DNA of 64,000 bases from Raillietiella orientalis. Taxonomy: Eukaryota. A program made the position numbers and the translations under genes. The notes below the pieces were generated by a model, which was not told the DNA's origin, ran no database searches, and saw only the letters and a program-made list of their open reading frames with translations. The stretch lies in assembly GCA_036172245.1 (NCBI GenBank), contig JAYWIR010000001.1, positions 7,254,001 to 7,318,000 on the forward strand, in the 5' to 3' direction. Shown here piece by piece: positions 45,991 through 58,169 of this stretch. Within the stretch, counting starts at the first letter, position 1. Each line of letters opens with the position of its first letter.

Positions 45991-47463
45991 GCGGCCCCAG
46001 GCGCGAAGACCCTCGCGCGCGCTTCGAGTTGCCCCTCCCGACCATCCCGCGAATGTAAATATCGCGCCATCCCGCTGTCGGACGAGTCGCCAGTCTCCTT
46101 ACCTCGTCCTCGGCCGCCCCCCTTTCGCGGGCTCCTCGTCCTACCCGTGTGCGAGCGAACCCACAACGGCGGCGGCGGTGGAAGCACCAACCACCCTCTC
46201 CCGCCAGCGGGGGAAAGGGGGGGATGCCGGCGAGGCAAGACTGAGGAGCGCCTCCCTCTTCCCCCTTCCCCTCTCCCCCCCCCACCCCTGAGGAATGAAT
46301 CTTTTGTTCGTCTGCTTGCATCCGTTTTCTTTCGGCACTGACAAGGGCGGAGGCGGCGGAAATGGTCGCCGCGGCAAGGAAAGGTGGGAAAGGGAAGGGG
46401 GAGGGGAGGTGCTTCCTCCCGCGCCACTTGGGCTTCTGTACGCGCGCGCCGACAGTACCTCATTCCTCCCGACTCTCCACGCCGCTTTCGCCGCGAGTGC
46501 GGGCACGCAGTCCTGCCCTGCAGAGACCGCTGCCTCTCCTCCCGTCCCTTTCCTTCTTCCTTCCTCTCACCATGTGTCGTGCGCAGCAGAGTCTTCCTCG
46601 CTCCTGGAGGAGGTTTCTTGAGTGTCAGGGCCGGAAAAAAGCGACCCCGAGGGAGAGGGGGTGCCCTTTCCATTTGCCACGTCTGCCGGCGAGAACGGAG
46701 GACCCCTCCCATTTAGGGACCCTCACTCGAGAGGTCGCTGCTCGGAGGACTCACTTTCCTCCCGGCGCGCGTCGACCGACTAGGTCACGCGGTAAGATGC
46801 TCAGAACCCGGTTAAGCAGTTTCGGTGAACGACCGTCTTCATTCGCGTTCGGGAAGTGCACATGCGGCGGGCTCCAGGACCAGCCTCTTGAAGGCGCCTG
46901 ACGCCACCTTCCTCTGGAAGTACAGGGAGAAGAGATGGCGCGTTGCTACCCCTCCCCCTCCGTGCCAGAACGCAGGATGGCACCAGGAGTCACCCAGTAG
47001 ACAAGGAGGCTCCCCAGGAGAGAATGCCATCCCCTTCGCCCAAAGGATCAAGACCCCCAAAAGGAGAAAGGGGCCACCTGAGCTCCGCACCAGCGAGGGA
47101 CCGGAGGAGAGACCGCAGCGTCTCCGAGCTCCGCGAACTCTCTCCACGGCTCGCGCACCCGGGACCCAGGAACAGGCGCAGTGGAGGGCAGCACGAGGGC
47201 TGACGAAGAGCTGTCGCCTATTCCCTGCCCCGAAAGTCGCCTGCGAGTGTGGCTAGCGAGGGAGGAACTTCCCTCTGACGCGGCGAGAAGCTTTTGCGAA
47301 TGGGTCTCCCGCGAGGAGGTGCGCTCCCCATTAACCCTTTGGGTGCGAGGCTCATTCAGATTGACACGTTTTGCGTGTCGACGGGTCGCAGCCGCGACCT
47401 CTGCGGGCGGAACGCTTTGTCGCGTACCGCCTCGCTCTATATGATTGACTCTTTGAAGCGCTG

Positions 47464-47571
47464 ATTAAAGTCACTATTCTCATCTATTTTTCCCAAACAT
47501 ATATTATTTATTTAAAAATTACAATTCCAATACAATCAGTAATTCATTTGGGCGCGGTACAACGTAATAAA
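47464..47571 (+). terminator. Candidate EAAT poly(A) signals (ATTAAA 47464-47469; AATAAA 47566-47571), implying a ~1.5-kb 3'UTR
   Basis: First AT-rich block with hexamer signals after the stop codon. Confidence 0.55.
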
Positions 47572-47933
47572 TTGCATACGACACCACCATAATATTATGT
47601 AACTCGCGGTTTTTCAGAGAGATGACTGAAAAACCGAGAACAGTTTGCCGATATAAATAGAATTTTGTTTGCTGCGGTTGCTAAGGTAATTATGAGAAGG
47701 TAAGTGCATGCGACCATCTCAAGCATTGATAGTGTTAACTCTTGTCGCGCGTACAAAGTAAAAACATTTGCCAGACGCATATACAGAGTGTCCATAGTCC
47801 ACGCCGATCATTTTCGCCGAACACATATGTGCGTCCATGAGAATTAATAGTCGGCAACGACGAAGGAATGAAACCAGGAGGGATGCTCCGACTAGCGCTT
47901 TCGCCATTCGGGAGGCTCCTGGCTCCACGAATC

Positions 47934-50100
47934 CTACTCTTGCGACACCTCCCGCCGTCTCCGACACGCCCCTTCCCGCCGAACACGCATTCCTCCCTCC
48001 TCTTGGATCTGGGACCGTGTGGGGGACTCGACATGTTCACTGCTCCCGGCTCGGCGGTGGGGAACCCTCGTCACCTCCACCTTGACCGTGGCGGAGAAGG
48101 CGCGAAGCCGCACGACTTCAAACGAGATCAGCTGACCTCACGGCCCAGCAGGATCACCGAGTCCTGGCACTTCGTCCTTGGAATTTTGGTCTCGCTGACC
48201 AGCCGCGTCTCTCAGATGGTCCAGTCGCGCGACCGGATTCAGTCTTCTTCACACGGACAATGTCTCCTTCCTCTGTCAAACGAGGGAGAGGGCTCTTACT
48301 TCTCTTTCCATCCACCACCTCTCACTATTTCGATCCGTAGAAAAGACTGATGGGCTCGCTCGCCGCCATTATCTCACTTTCCAGCGCGCGGGGGGGTGGC
48401 GTAGCATTGCATTGCATTGCATTCCGCCGAAATCATCTTCCTCGGCCTCGTATTTCAGGGGCGAAGAGCACGTACGTTTCTCCCCCCCCCCCCCATCGCC
48501 CTCCCGCTGACTTCCGGCAGCAATACCGAGGGGAGTCCGCCAAGCCTCTTCCAGAGTTCTTGTTTTCCTTCTCTGTCCCCAACACACCCTACGACTGTTT
48601 CAGGTTTTGGAGTCACTTTCACCGATGTTCCTTGGCTGGTCTACCTCAATTTCGGGAGGGCGTGAGTATTCTCACAGAGTCGCTCCACCTACCTGAGGTT
48701 CTTGAAGCACCTACACTGCGAAGGCACACTTGCACGTGTCCTCAGCACCAGATGTCTTGGTGATTGGGGCGGGTAGGGCAATGCAGCATGCAGGATTGCG
48801 TGGACATTTTTCATTCAGAGGCGACCACCAATACAGATCGCTGGACGTGCCGGTAGCAGCCCTCTCGAAAAGGCCTACTTCGTCTTCTGATAACTCCTCG
48901 AACGCTTCCAGGCGTTGAAGATGACCGCCTCCATTTGGCCGATGGTGGGACATTTTATTGCCTTCTAGTGTCAAGTCGGCGCTTCGAATCGGGGGCTTCT
49001 AAAGTTCAAGCGTTTCCCTGCTTATCAGGTGATTCTTGGCGACTGCCTGTGCACGAATAGCATTTTAGTCGTCAAGAATTCGGACCGCCACTGACTGCCA
49101 CAGTCTCTCGTTGCCAATCACTTACACAACCCCAATTCCTGTGATCAAAAGTGTCTCAGCACTTTATTCGAAAGCAAATGCTCGTTTCTCCACTGCGCGA
49201 CTCCGACTTGAGCGCAGCATCCATCCGGAAACGTGCACAGCCTGATTTCCATGGACTAGAGGAGCAACAGCAAGGCTTTGGGTAGGTGAAAGAGAGCGGA
49301 GTCTTCGGTATAAAATGCCGACCAGCTTCAAGTGGGGTTGCCATGTCTTTGGTGGAAAATTTCGTTTCGGCAGACTTCCCCCGTGACAGAATGCTCTGGA
49401 TCGTGTCTTTTCCGCTTGTTCCAGACTGTGTTGCAAGTTGCACCCCGCATCGTTTGGCTCTCTTTCTTGACTGTTGAAATAAGGTTTCCTTGGTCTCATG
49501 CTGCTTTCAGATGGCCAAGTCGTCCAACTGGATTCACTCTTCAAAATATCCTGCGTTACTATTTGGAACCCTTGCGATGCTCTAGGTATGCTTATTCATC
49601 AGAACAGTGGAAGCTCTGCCTTCTTCGTGCTTTCGTTTCCTAAACAAGTTGGATGATATTTCTACGAATTGCTCATCAGGTTTATTGCGCAACCAGTGAC
49701 CGTTTGCTAGAACTCTCAAGATGAATACCAATTTCTTACTCCTCGTATGAGTATTGCAGAACAGCCTACCCAAGCGTGCTCCACCTGCAAATCCCTCCAG
49801 CATACGTGATCAAGAGCACTGCTGCCGCTTTGGGATGCTATGCTGCTATAACTTCCCAAAGGCTCTGGCCAATGTTTCCTCTCTCTTATTCACAGTCTCT
49901 TTCAGTTCATGTGGGTCAACTTTGTAGCATTCATGCTGGTGGCACTGTAGTAATCGTTCGACTTGTTTCCTTGAAGTCTAAGTGGCTGCGAGAACAGTGC
50001 TGAGGGCTCCTTCCTAGATCAGAGGAACTCTTTCTGGTCGCTGTTCTCATTTTCCAGATCGCTCTCTTCGCTGTCGAAAATTTGCTTCGAAATCTTTGCT
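47934..50100 (-). pseudogene. Tentative KIN17-like (KOW/SH3-like domain) unprocessed pseudogene
   Basis: Collinear fragments across frameshifts (EAFEELSEDE...DLYWW, ITKTSG, VKKTESG, LDHL, ETKIP, GQL...FSATVKVE..PHR...EHVE...SQI) resemble the KIN17 C-terminus as recalled. Weaker matches SKDFEANF (~50100-50077) and SMNATK (~49935). GT-AG intron-like segment 48692-48273. Confidence 0.4.
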
Positions 50101-51498
50101 CCGTTTTTCAGAGCATGAAGACAGTTTTGTCATTCGCATGCTAGTCAACGTTTGCTTTCTCTCTCCAATCAATCAGCTTTTATTTTACTGCCTCCTAATG
50201 GCCCTGGATTCATTTTTTGGCCAGTGTTTGGCATTTTTTCCTAAATTCGTGGAATCTGCATTATGAAATGGATTTGACTAAGATTCAGCTAAGATTTTTC
50301 TTTCAAGATTTTTTTTTTTTTTTTGAAACTACCCTAATGGATTTTGAATAAGAACACAAAAAGACTTCCGTTATCGGGATCACCATTACTTATAGATTAA
50401 GATTCTGCTCGTTATTCCTTCTATGACGCGAAATTTTATGCATCTTGCTTGTGCATCTCTATTGTTATACTCTGCAAATAGTTCACACTTTAACATTATG
50501 TATATATATATATATAAATTCACGTGCTTCATTTTCCTACAATCTACAGGTTCGTAACTTTTTCTGGAGAAACAAAAGGGCGGCTTTTTAAAACGGCTCC
50601 ATGATCACATGTATGGAAAATTTTAGGGAGTTATTTCTTGAATGCACACTATAATGATCCTTGCTTTCCTAGACATTTCAAAATTATCCTTTGAACAGCG
50701 TTTTCATTTCTGGGGCTAGTAAACCATTGGACAACAGACTCGGTAGTGGGATCACGGGTGCTCTATTCCTCTAGAGCTCTCATGTCCCGGAAACTGAAAC
50801 AGCACGACTTGCTCGTTTCCTTGCTACCCGATACAGTGTGCAGGTGCAGGGAATATCCCTATTAATGTTTGCTCCAAAAATGTTCTTTTTTCTTGTTCAC
50901 CTTCAACGGTTAAAACTTCTCCCGAAGAACGAAAGTTTGTCACTTTCAAATCTCAAAAATACGTTTAGAAAAATCGAATATTCCCATTCCGTATTTGCCC
51001 CATTCGTATTCTTTTTCTGCTTTGGCCGTCAATTTATTTTCCATAATCTCATGAGCTTTTGATGGAGATATACTGTTTTGTTCAGGCAGACCGACTAATG
51101 CTTTGATAAGTCGGCTGTTTCCTCGCCAATTTTCCATTTTGCTGTTTTTCCGCCTTGCCAATATTTCATACTTCAGGGAAGGCAATTCCTTTCCCCGACT
51201 TTGAGATTGCAAACGCCCGATTCGATTCTGTGTTTACGTAGGCCTCGACAGGTGCTTCTTCCCGGCTGACCGAGTCCATCTTCACTAACATCCCTTCCAG
51301 ACCAAATCTCGTCTCTTCTAGTAGAAGTTATTCTTATTTTCCTTGGTAAAGAAAACCAAAGTTACTGGAAATTTTATTTCGTATTTTTACTCATCTGGAC
51401 CAACATGACCAACATCTACCGGTAGTCTCATTCGTGAGACCTTGTCAAAAATTCTACTAATAGGAATGATGAGTTGACCGTAAACGAACTCTCCTACT

Positions 51499-52172
51499 TG
51501 CCCCGAAGAGGCAGGAGTCGGCGTTTTTGGTGTTGCACTGGGGACTCCCCAGCAACGCCCACCGATCTCACCGGACGAGGGGGGCTGTGGACCCGAGCTG
51601 CGTCAGGTGCGAGGATCCCTCCCGCACCTGCTTATTGACTGTGTTGCCCTCCGGCCCCTATGGTTGCGTTTTGCCACGGCCCTAGGTGCACCCATGAACA
51701 ATCCCAGAGACGTGTTCAAGCGCCTCTTTGTGGGCGATGCTCTTTCGCCTGCCGCAGCCCTAGCAGCCCTTTGCTGCCTACTTGAGATTGTGGTGGCCTG
51801 GAGCAACGCTACTGGTGCACAGCATGATGGTGACGCCATCTGCTTCTCCCTGGGCTTCCTGAGGACGGCAGCAAGATGGCCTTACTTGGGGCATACTCAG
51901 ATGGAACTTGCCAGCATCCTGGAAAGTACGTAGAGGACGGCCTACAGTTGAACGTGATCCCTTCCCCAGTCCCCCCTACTTTTGTAAATAGCGTTTTTTT
52001 TTTATTTTTCTTTTTGTTTGTTTCGTCCCCCTCCCCTGCCGAGGCGAACCTCGCCGACCTGCGTGCCGTTGACTCTGCAAGTTCCCAACTCTTTCGGATG
52101 TTGTAGGGCCGATGGCCCTACACATGTTCGCCTGCTTATTAAAATAAACGCCCCGGCGCTCCCAGGTGTCAA
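51499..52172 (+). mobile_element. 5'-truncated non-LTR retrotransposon (L1/Tx1-like ORF2 C-terminus + 3'UTR)
   Basis: Perfect 12-bp TSD AACTCTCCTACT (51487-51498 and 52173-52184). Peptide PKRQESAFLVLHWGLPSN...DPSCVRC / SLPHLLIDCVALRPLW is a zf-RVT-type CCHC finger with one frameshift near 51610. AATAAA at 52143-52148. GC-richer than its flanks. Confidence 0.85.
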
Positions 52173-54010
52173 AACTCTCCTACTCATCATTTAACAACTG
52201 AAAAAATTTCTTCTTGGTTTTAAGACTTTGCCTGTGCTTTATGCTTCCTTAGAATATGTAAATTTCCAAGTTCTTTTAAATTATGCTCAGTTTTTGCATT
52301 TTTTAATTTGCATTTCTTATTCTGAAAAAGGGCATCAAGTGCTTAATCACGAGTCCCTGCATCCTTATGCTTCATCACAGATAAATTACCAAAACTAAAA
52401 AACGCTACAATAGTAAAATAAAAACTCCAAATCCCAGAAGAATTTTCAAATAAACGAGGACGGAATGCTGCTCGAATCTGATCCACGAAATTCTTCTTTA
52501 CTCTGTATTTAGATTACTACGTTGCTCATGTTCTTTCAGTAATGATCGAACTTTCTATTTCGAAAGTGCTTGCAAAATATTACATTTTGAAATCAAAAGG
52601 TAGGTCTCTCTTTATATATATATATATCACCACCAGGATATTTTTTATTCATTCTCATTTATTCGATGTGAAGAAAACATAATCGAGAAGATTGGAATGT
52701 AGTTGCATCGATTTTTGCTCGATGTGGCTGGTCCAGATCCAGGTCGTTTTAGCATCCTTGCTGTTTGACCGTGGTATAGAAAATCCCAAAATGAAACTGC
52801 TGCATGGAAGCGTTTTCATCAAGTGCTGCCTCCTCCACAGGGAAGTTTGGGTTTCGAGTCTCTGATTTCTAGTATTTCTTCTAAGGAAATTCGTAGTACA
52901 ACTTTTCAATTGTCAAACACAAATCCACAGGGAGTAACTCTCCTTTAGAACTTTTTAACATTCCGTGCAGCACATCTAAAAACGTAAAACTCTTGTATAC
53001 AGGCAAAAGTGCTTAATGGGGTATCCAAAGGAGAATTTGAAAAGGAATTGGGACTTGCAGTGATAGTCTGTGCCACGGCAGATCCCACATGATTTGGGTA
53101 ATCAGATGGGTGTGAGCTACTTAACCTTGCCTTTGAGTGAGAAGCCTTTTGGGAACGGAGGAATGACCGGAGAGTTGAAATAGTTTCCAGTTGGAGGGGT
53201 CTAAGAAATAGTTTGATATTGGTGCATCAATTGTAATACGTTGTAATGGCATGCTTGAAGATAAGTTATAGGATGTGGCTGAAAGGAACGTTTTCGGCTG
53301 TTTACAGTGGAGTGAAGGATTACATGATGGGCGTGATGATTGGAAATTCTGTGGTGAGAGGTATTACGAATTTATTTAAAGTTGCTATAAGGTTGACTGC
53401 AAGTTGTTCCTGAGTTTGTAATGTGGTCATGGAAGGAGAGTAAGGTGGGAAGGGGTTATGGTAGTGGCTGGTTCTGTAAATCTAGGTTGGCATCTTATTG
53501 GTGAGTATTAAAGATAAGATGGAAAGCAGAAAACTTTAAGCTTGGGATGAGATACTCATCATAGGGTTAGAGAAAAATAGCCATAGTTCATTCATTCTCC
53601 TGGAGCATCCATACTATTAGTAATGCTATTTAATTCCAATATCAAAAAGCATGGTGTTCATTCTTCTAGGCTTTCCATGCCATGCACTCACTTTAGAAAA
53701 GCGAAATTTGTGAAAACCTTACTCCAAGCCAAAATGTGAACAAAGCCTTAAGAAGAAGCAAATAACAATTAGCGTAACAAGTTAATAACATGGTTTCAGA
53801 AATACATCCAATATATCACATCAGGTGTAATTAAAATAACTTAAAACACCTTAAACTACCTTATGAGGTTTGTATTTATACCTCACAGTGATTTGATTTT
53901 TGTATTGTTCACTAATGCTTGAATAATGCTTGGCTTATATTCATTCATTGAGAGTGTACTTCACATAATTTTCAAGCCAAAAGCTTCAGCAATCCGATAA
54001 AAACTACAAC

Positions 54011-54016
54011 TTTATT
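54011..54016 (-). terminator. Polyadenylation signal AATAAA of TMEM69
   Basis: ~210 nt downstream of the TMEM69 stop. Confidence 0.6.
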
Positions 54017-54224
54017 GCAACATTTTCAACAGGCCTTTAGAAACAAGACAGCTCATATCTGACAATATTTCAATAAATTATGACTGACTTGTTGCTTTTC
54101 TATGGAGAATTTAATATCACCCTACATAGAAATCAAAATTTGGGACCAATCAGTGAACATAAATTTTTGTTTAATTATGTATTACTGCATTATAAACTGA
54201 AGAACTGAAACTGCAATTGGAAGT

Positions 54225-54905
54225 TTATGAACCAAGTGGAAGGGCACAACGCAATATAAACGTCAACATCAAGGCTCCAACAGCACCAGTTGTCAGTAGT
54301 AATCTCAATGCTTTGAACCATGCTGGATAACACTTAATGTTTTGATCCAAATATAAAGATGCTATTAATCCTCCTGAGACAGTGATCAATGAAACAGTAG
54401 GATAGGAAGTTAGAAGAGATGACCATGCCAGCAAAGGTGGCATGACACTCAATCCAACATTTTCCCAAGTCATTTCTTTTGATAGGAGAGCTCCCCATCT
54501 CACTCCACCCAAAAAGGATAAAACAGTGGCTCCATATAAAATCTGAATATGAGCTGTGGCAGGATTGAATTCAAGATGTGATAAAATTGATAATGTTGGG
54601 GTAACAAATGGTAAAAGTCCAGCAATTCCTACAGCAAGTGCAGGCTTTGGCCCTTGCAAACACTGCTTAATATCTGTTTCTCTGAAAAGCTTGTCACCTT
54701 CATATTTTATTCTGACAATAGATTTATTAAAGTAATCCAAAGATTTAGACAGAAATTTTGAATCTTTAAAAGGATTCTGAGTGGTTTGCGTGACATTTTC
54801 AGTTGACATACAACAACTTGCTGTGCTACATACACTTTGCAGCCACTTATTTCTCAAGTGATTGGTTTTGAACATTCCAACTGACCTTAATGTAAGTAAT
54901 AGCAT
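54225..54905 (-). CDS. TMEM69: Transmembrane protein 69 (DUF3429 family), single coding exon, 226 aa
   Basis: PKPALAVGIAGLLPFV, YGATVLSFLGGVRWG and YPAWFKALR match TMEM69/DUF3429 motifs. Basic, Ser/Thr-rich N-terminus compatible with a mitochondrial presequence. Probable 5'UTR intron 55433-54946; AATAAA at 54016-54011. Confidence 0.93.
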   Translation of the reverse strand: MLLLTLRSVGMFKTNHLRNKWLQSVCSTASCCMSTENVTQTTQNPFKDSKFLSKSLDYFNKSIVRIKYEGDKLFRETDIKQCLQGPKPALAVGIAGLLPFVTPTLSILSHLEFNPATAHIQILYGATVLSFLGGVRWGALLSKEMTWENVGLSVMPPLLAWSSLLTSYPTVSLITVSGGLIASLYLDQNIKCYPAWFKALRLLLTTGAVGALMLTFILRCALPLGS

Positions 54906-55433
54906 TTCTGAATAGCAATTCTGTAAGTATTTATAAATTTTTTCACTGAAAGCAACAAAATTGAAATCAGAAACTACGGAAATTCTGTGAACATGAAATT
55001 GAAATACAGCTTATGCATTCACACAATCTCATACTGTTCAAAATTTTATAAATGGCAAATGCGGGAGGAAGCATTCATTACAACAAAATAGGCCATCACA
55101 GATTTTGCATTTCGAAAAAAAAATTCTCCTCGCTTTTTCACATTTCAAGTGTTTATAAAAAAAAAAAAAAAAAACGCACACTCCCGTTCAAACGTGACAA
55201 ATAATCCATAATAATGTATTGCAAACGAAACATTCCTTGCAACATGGGCAAGAACTTAACCAATCTTTCAAATAACCTCCCCTATGTGGTTGGGGAGTCG
55301 GGAGCGATCACGGTATTAAGGGTGCAACTATTGGGGGGGGAAAAAAACCATAAGGTTTGCACTCTGCATTCATCATGCTGATCTCAGCACACCATCACCT
55401 TAAAACCGCTTTCGAATTTCGTAACAAAATTAC

Positions 55434-55604
55434 CTCACAATGTGGAAAAAAAGCCTCTTTTCGTTCCGAGGAACGGCAATTGTATATGTTGATGTTGTTT
55501 ACTACGGGTAAATCGTGTGGCACGGTTCGGGACCGGCGTGGCCACGCAAAACAAACGCGTGTGGCCCAGGAATGTGTGGTTGGAAAGATGAAAGCCTCTG
55601 GCAG
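55434..55604. promoter_or_regulatory. Probable bidirectional promoter with divergent leader exons (TMEM69 on -, probably TRIC on +)
   Basis: Local CpG-rich patch in AT-rich DNA, flanked by outward-facing donors (- strand GAG|gtaatt at 55433, + strand CAG|gtaggc at 55605); repeated GTGGC motifs. Confidence 0.55.
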
Positions 55605-56599
55605 GTAGGCATGAGCTTTCCGTGTGTAATGTCCCAGACGAGGACTCAAATTCAGGCCCGGCAATTCTGAACAAATTGCTACCGAAGAATTTGTACATTC
55701 CCGTCTCCTGTTTTTTTTTTTTTTCTTTTCCGCCGAGTCGCGTCGAGAAAAGAGCGTGCACGTGCCATGGTAACGCAGTGCGCCATACTTTTGCCGTTTT
55801 CACCTAAACATGAAATGCCATTACTACGAGAAATTACTATTACTACATACGTGTCGGCTAATAACAGTGTTAGTTTGGGTCACGCTGTCGAAAAGGTATG
55901 CGTTCGTTTCCGGTGAAAGCAGTGGCAAAAGAGATTTACGGGAGCTAGAAAAGTAGTTTTTTCGGTGCAATACTTCCGTGTAGAAATGAAAATTGCTGAA
56001 AAGATGTCCTTATTAATCATGCAAGTCCCAATTAGGCCACGCCACCGCGAAGGGGCAACACACCCTGCCCCCCTCCTTCCAGACACCATTCACTTCTTGC
56101 ATAAGAGATTTGCTTGAGAACATGCAAATAATAACGAGTGTAAACGCGCTGTATATTGAATGGCATAGAATAGACAGAATCACATGGCACAGAATTTTGC
56201 AGAGCACAAAAATTTCGAGGTTGGAAAAATGAATTCAAAGGATATCAGTTTTGCCAAAAGAAAATTTGAATACAAAAAAGTTTACCAGGAGATCTCAAGA
56301 GAAGTTCCATGCTTTCACAGATAGCAAGAGCCACTTTCAAAAATTAAAAAAAATTAAAAAAAAAAAAAACGATTTGCGGTTTGTTAATTTTGAAAACACG
56401 GTTTTGAAAAGTGGTTATTACTTCTAAGAATGCTTCCAAGACAGCATATTTTGCATTGTTGATCCCAAGAATAGTTTCATTCATAATGTTCGGAAGTTAT
56501 GTATAAAGTGAAAACATTAGTTGTGCCCGTTATTTATTATATAAAACAGTACCTAAAATACCCAAGAGTATCTGATTAACTATTGTATAAAAATGGTTG

Positions 56600-58169
56600 G
56601 GAGTTTTTCGGACTTCTTTTCGCTAAAATACTAACGCATAACAGTAATAACATGTGATCAGCACATTCGGCAATTTCAGTACGAACTTTTGTTGCTATCT
56701 TTTTCACCATTACCAACTCACTATCATTCTTCCAACAGTGTTTCATATCTCCTGCAGTGCCTTCAATGTAAGATGATTTGAATTCTCCAACGCAAACAGC
56801 TTAGTCAACTGTTTCTTCAGGAGACGCAGATTCGAGATAATTTTTTCTTCGAAGCTACTCTGGGATGTTCCTTTTCCAATTAAAAGTCAATATTTATTAT
56901 TTGTACTGATAAAAGGTTTCGAAAAGAATTCGGAATTATTCATTCGAATGTGGAAGCTTTCCGTGCACTACACGAAAGACGGTTTCTTCTATGGTCAGCA
57001 AAACCTTTTGTGGCGTGACTCTCCTCTTACCCTTTTTATGAGAAGAGCTCGAAGACTTCAGCACTGTGGGCATCGAGAATTTCCAATCATTATTACTGTA
57101 AGATAGTACTGGTTATTGAAAACTGTTGCGCGTTAATATTACTAAATTCCTCCGACGGTGGATGAGCTTTACAGTTATTCCCCAGCATGATATTTATTTT
57201 CCTGCCCGCTTCTGTAAATTCCATTCTTATGGCTCTTAAAGTATCTTCCCAGTCAACCTTTGCTTTTCTGGTGGACACGTAGCATAGTGGATTTTTTCCA
57301 ACGTTTTTGAAAGATCCAGGCAATATATTTAATAGCTTTCGAATTACCTTCAGTAGTCCAGAGTCAAAGTTCCTTTTTGTTTTCAGAAATGTTAGCATAG
57401 AACAGGGCTGTCACCGATTTTTCGTCGGCTGTTTTCACGGACTTTTCCCCTTTGCTTCTATGATTTAAATCAGAGAGCCTTTGTGTGTCTATCTACCCAA
57501 TTGTGTCCAAACTATACGACCGTAAGCTAAAACCAAGTTGAAACTACCACCTCTGTAGATTCTGCGACCTTCCCGTGATACATTCCATACTTATTTCAGA
57601 ATTTATTCAATCGATTCAATAACTCCTTGCAAAGTTGCAGAGTTGGGATAACAAATGAGCAAATTCCCTATTTGCATTTTCAATATTGAAGCATCACTTA
57701 TTAGCGAGTTGTCGAAAAACTTTCTTCAGTGTCTGATTTTGTTAATCGGTCGGTTGTTTTTTTTTTTTCTTCTTTTCATTTGCCTCAAAAACAGGATTTT
57801 ACAAATTCCTACCAAAAATTGAATTCTTGCAACTTTAGATCACATCATGAGTCTTAACGTTTAATAGATTTCAGAACGAATGATGGAACTTGCTTCAAGT
57901 AAGCAGCTTCAAACAAAAATCCCATTTAGAAAGTACCAAGTAGTAAGTGTGCATCATGACAACTTTTCATGCACGAAATTGAAAATTTTCCTACCAAAAC
58001 AATCCTAATATAAGAATGCTGTGTTACTAGATAACTCATCTATAAGTGAATTTCATGAATTGTCTCTACACCATTCCTGATCCCAGTTTCATTGTATATC
58101 TTTCATCATATTCATTATACATCCTGGAATTCCTCATATACGAAATTGCTGTGATCGAGTTCCACTGTA
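56600..58169 (-). mobile_element. Decayed Tigger/pogo-like DNA transposon (left boundary approximate)
   Basis: Terminus TA-CAGTGGAACTCG on the - strand at 58169. Collinear frameshifted peptides resemble CENP-B HTH and DDE_1 motifs: EFAHLL, LNKF*NKYGM..KVAES, KGEK...KSVTALFYANISENK, FKNVGKNPLCYVSTRKA, RKINIMLGNNCKAHP, TSTILQ. The other TIR was not found. Confidence 0.75.

Noticed and set aside
53000-53600. Strand-skewed segment with faint Penelope/LINE-like peptide fragments on the - strand (IRNT..FPII, KQPK)
   Set aside because: Too degenerate; no diagnostic RT or GIY-YIG motif is readable.
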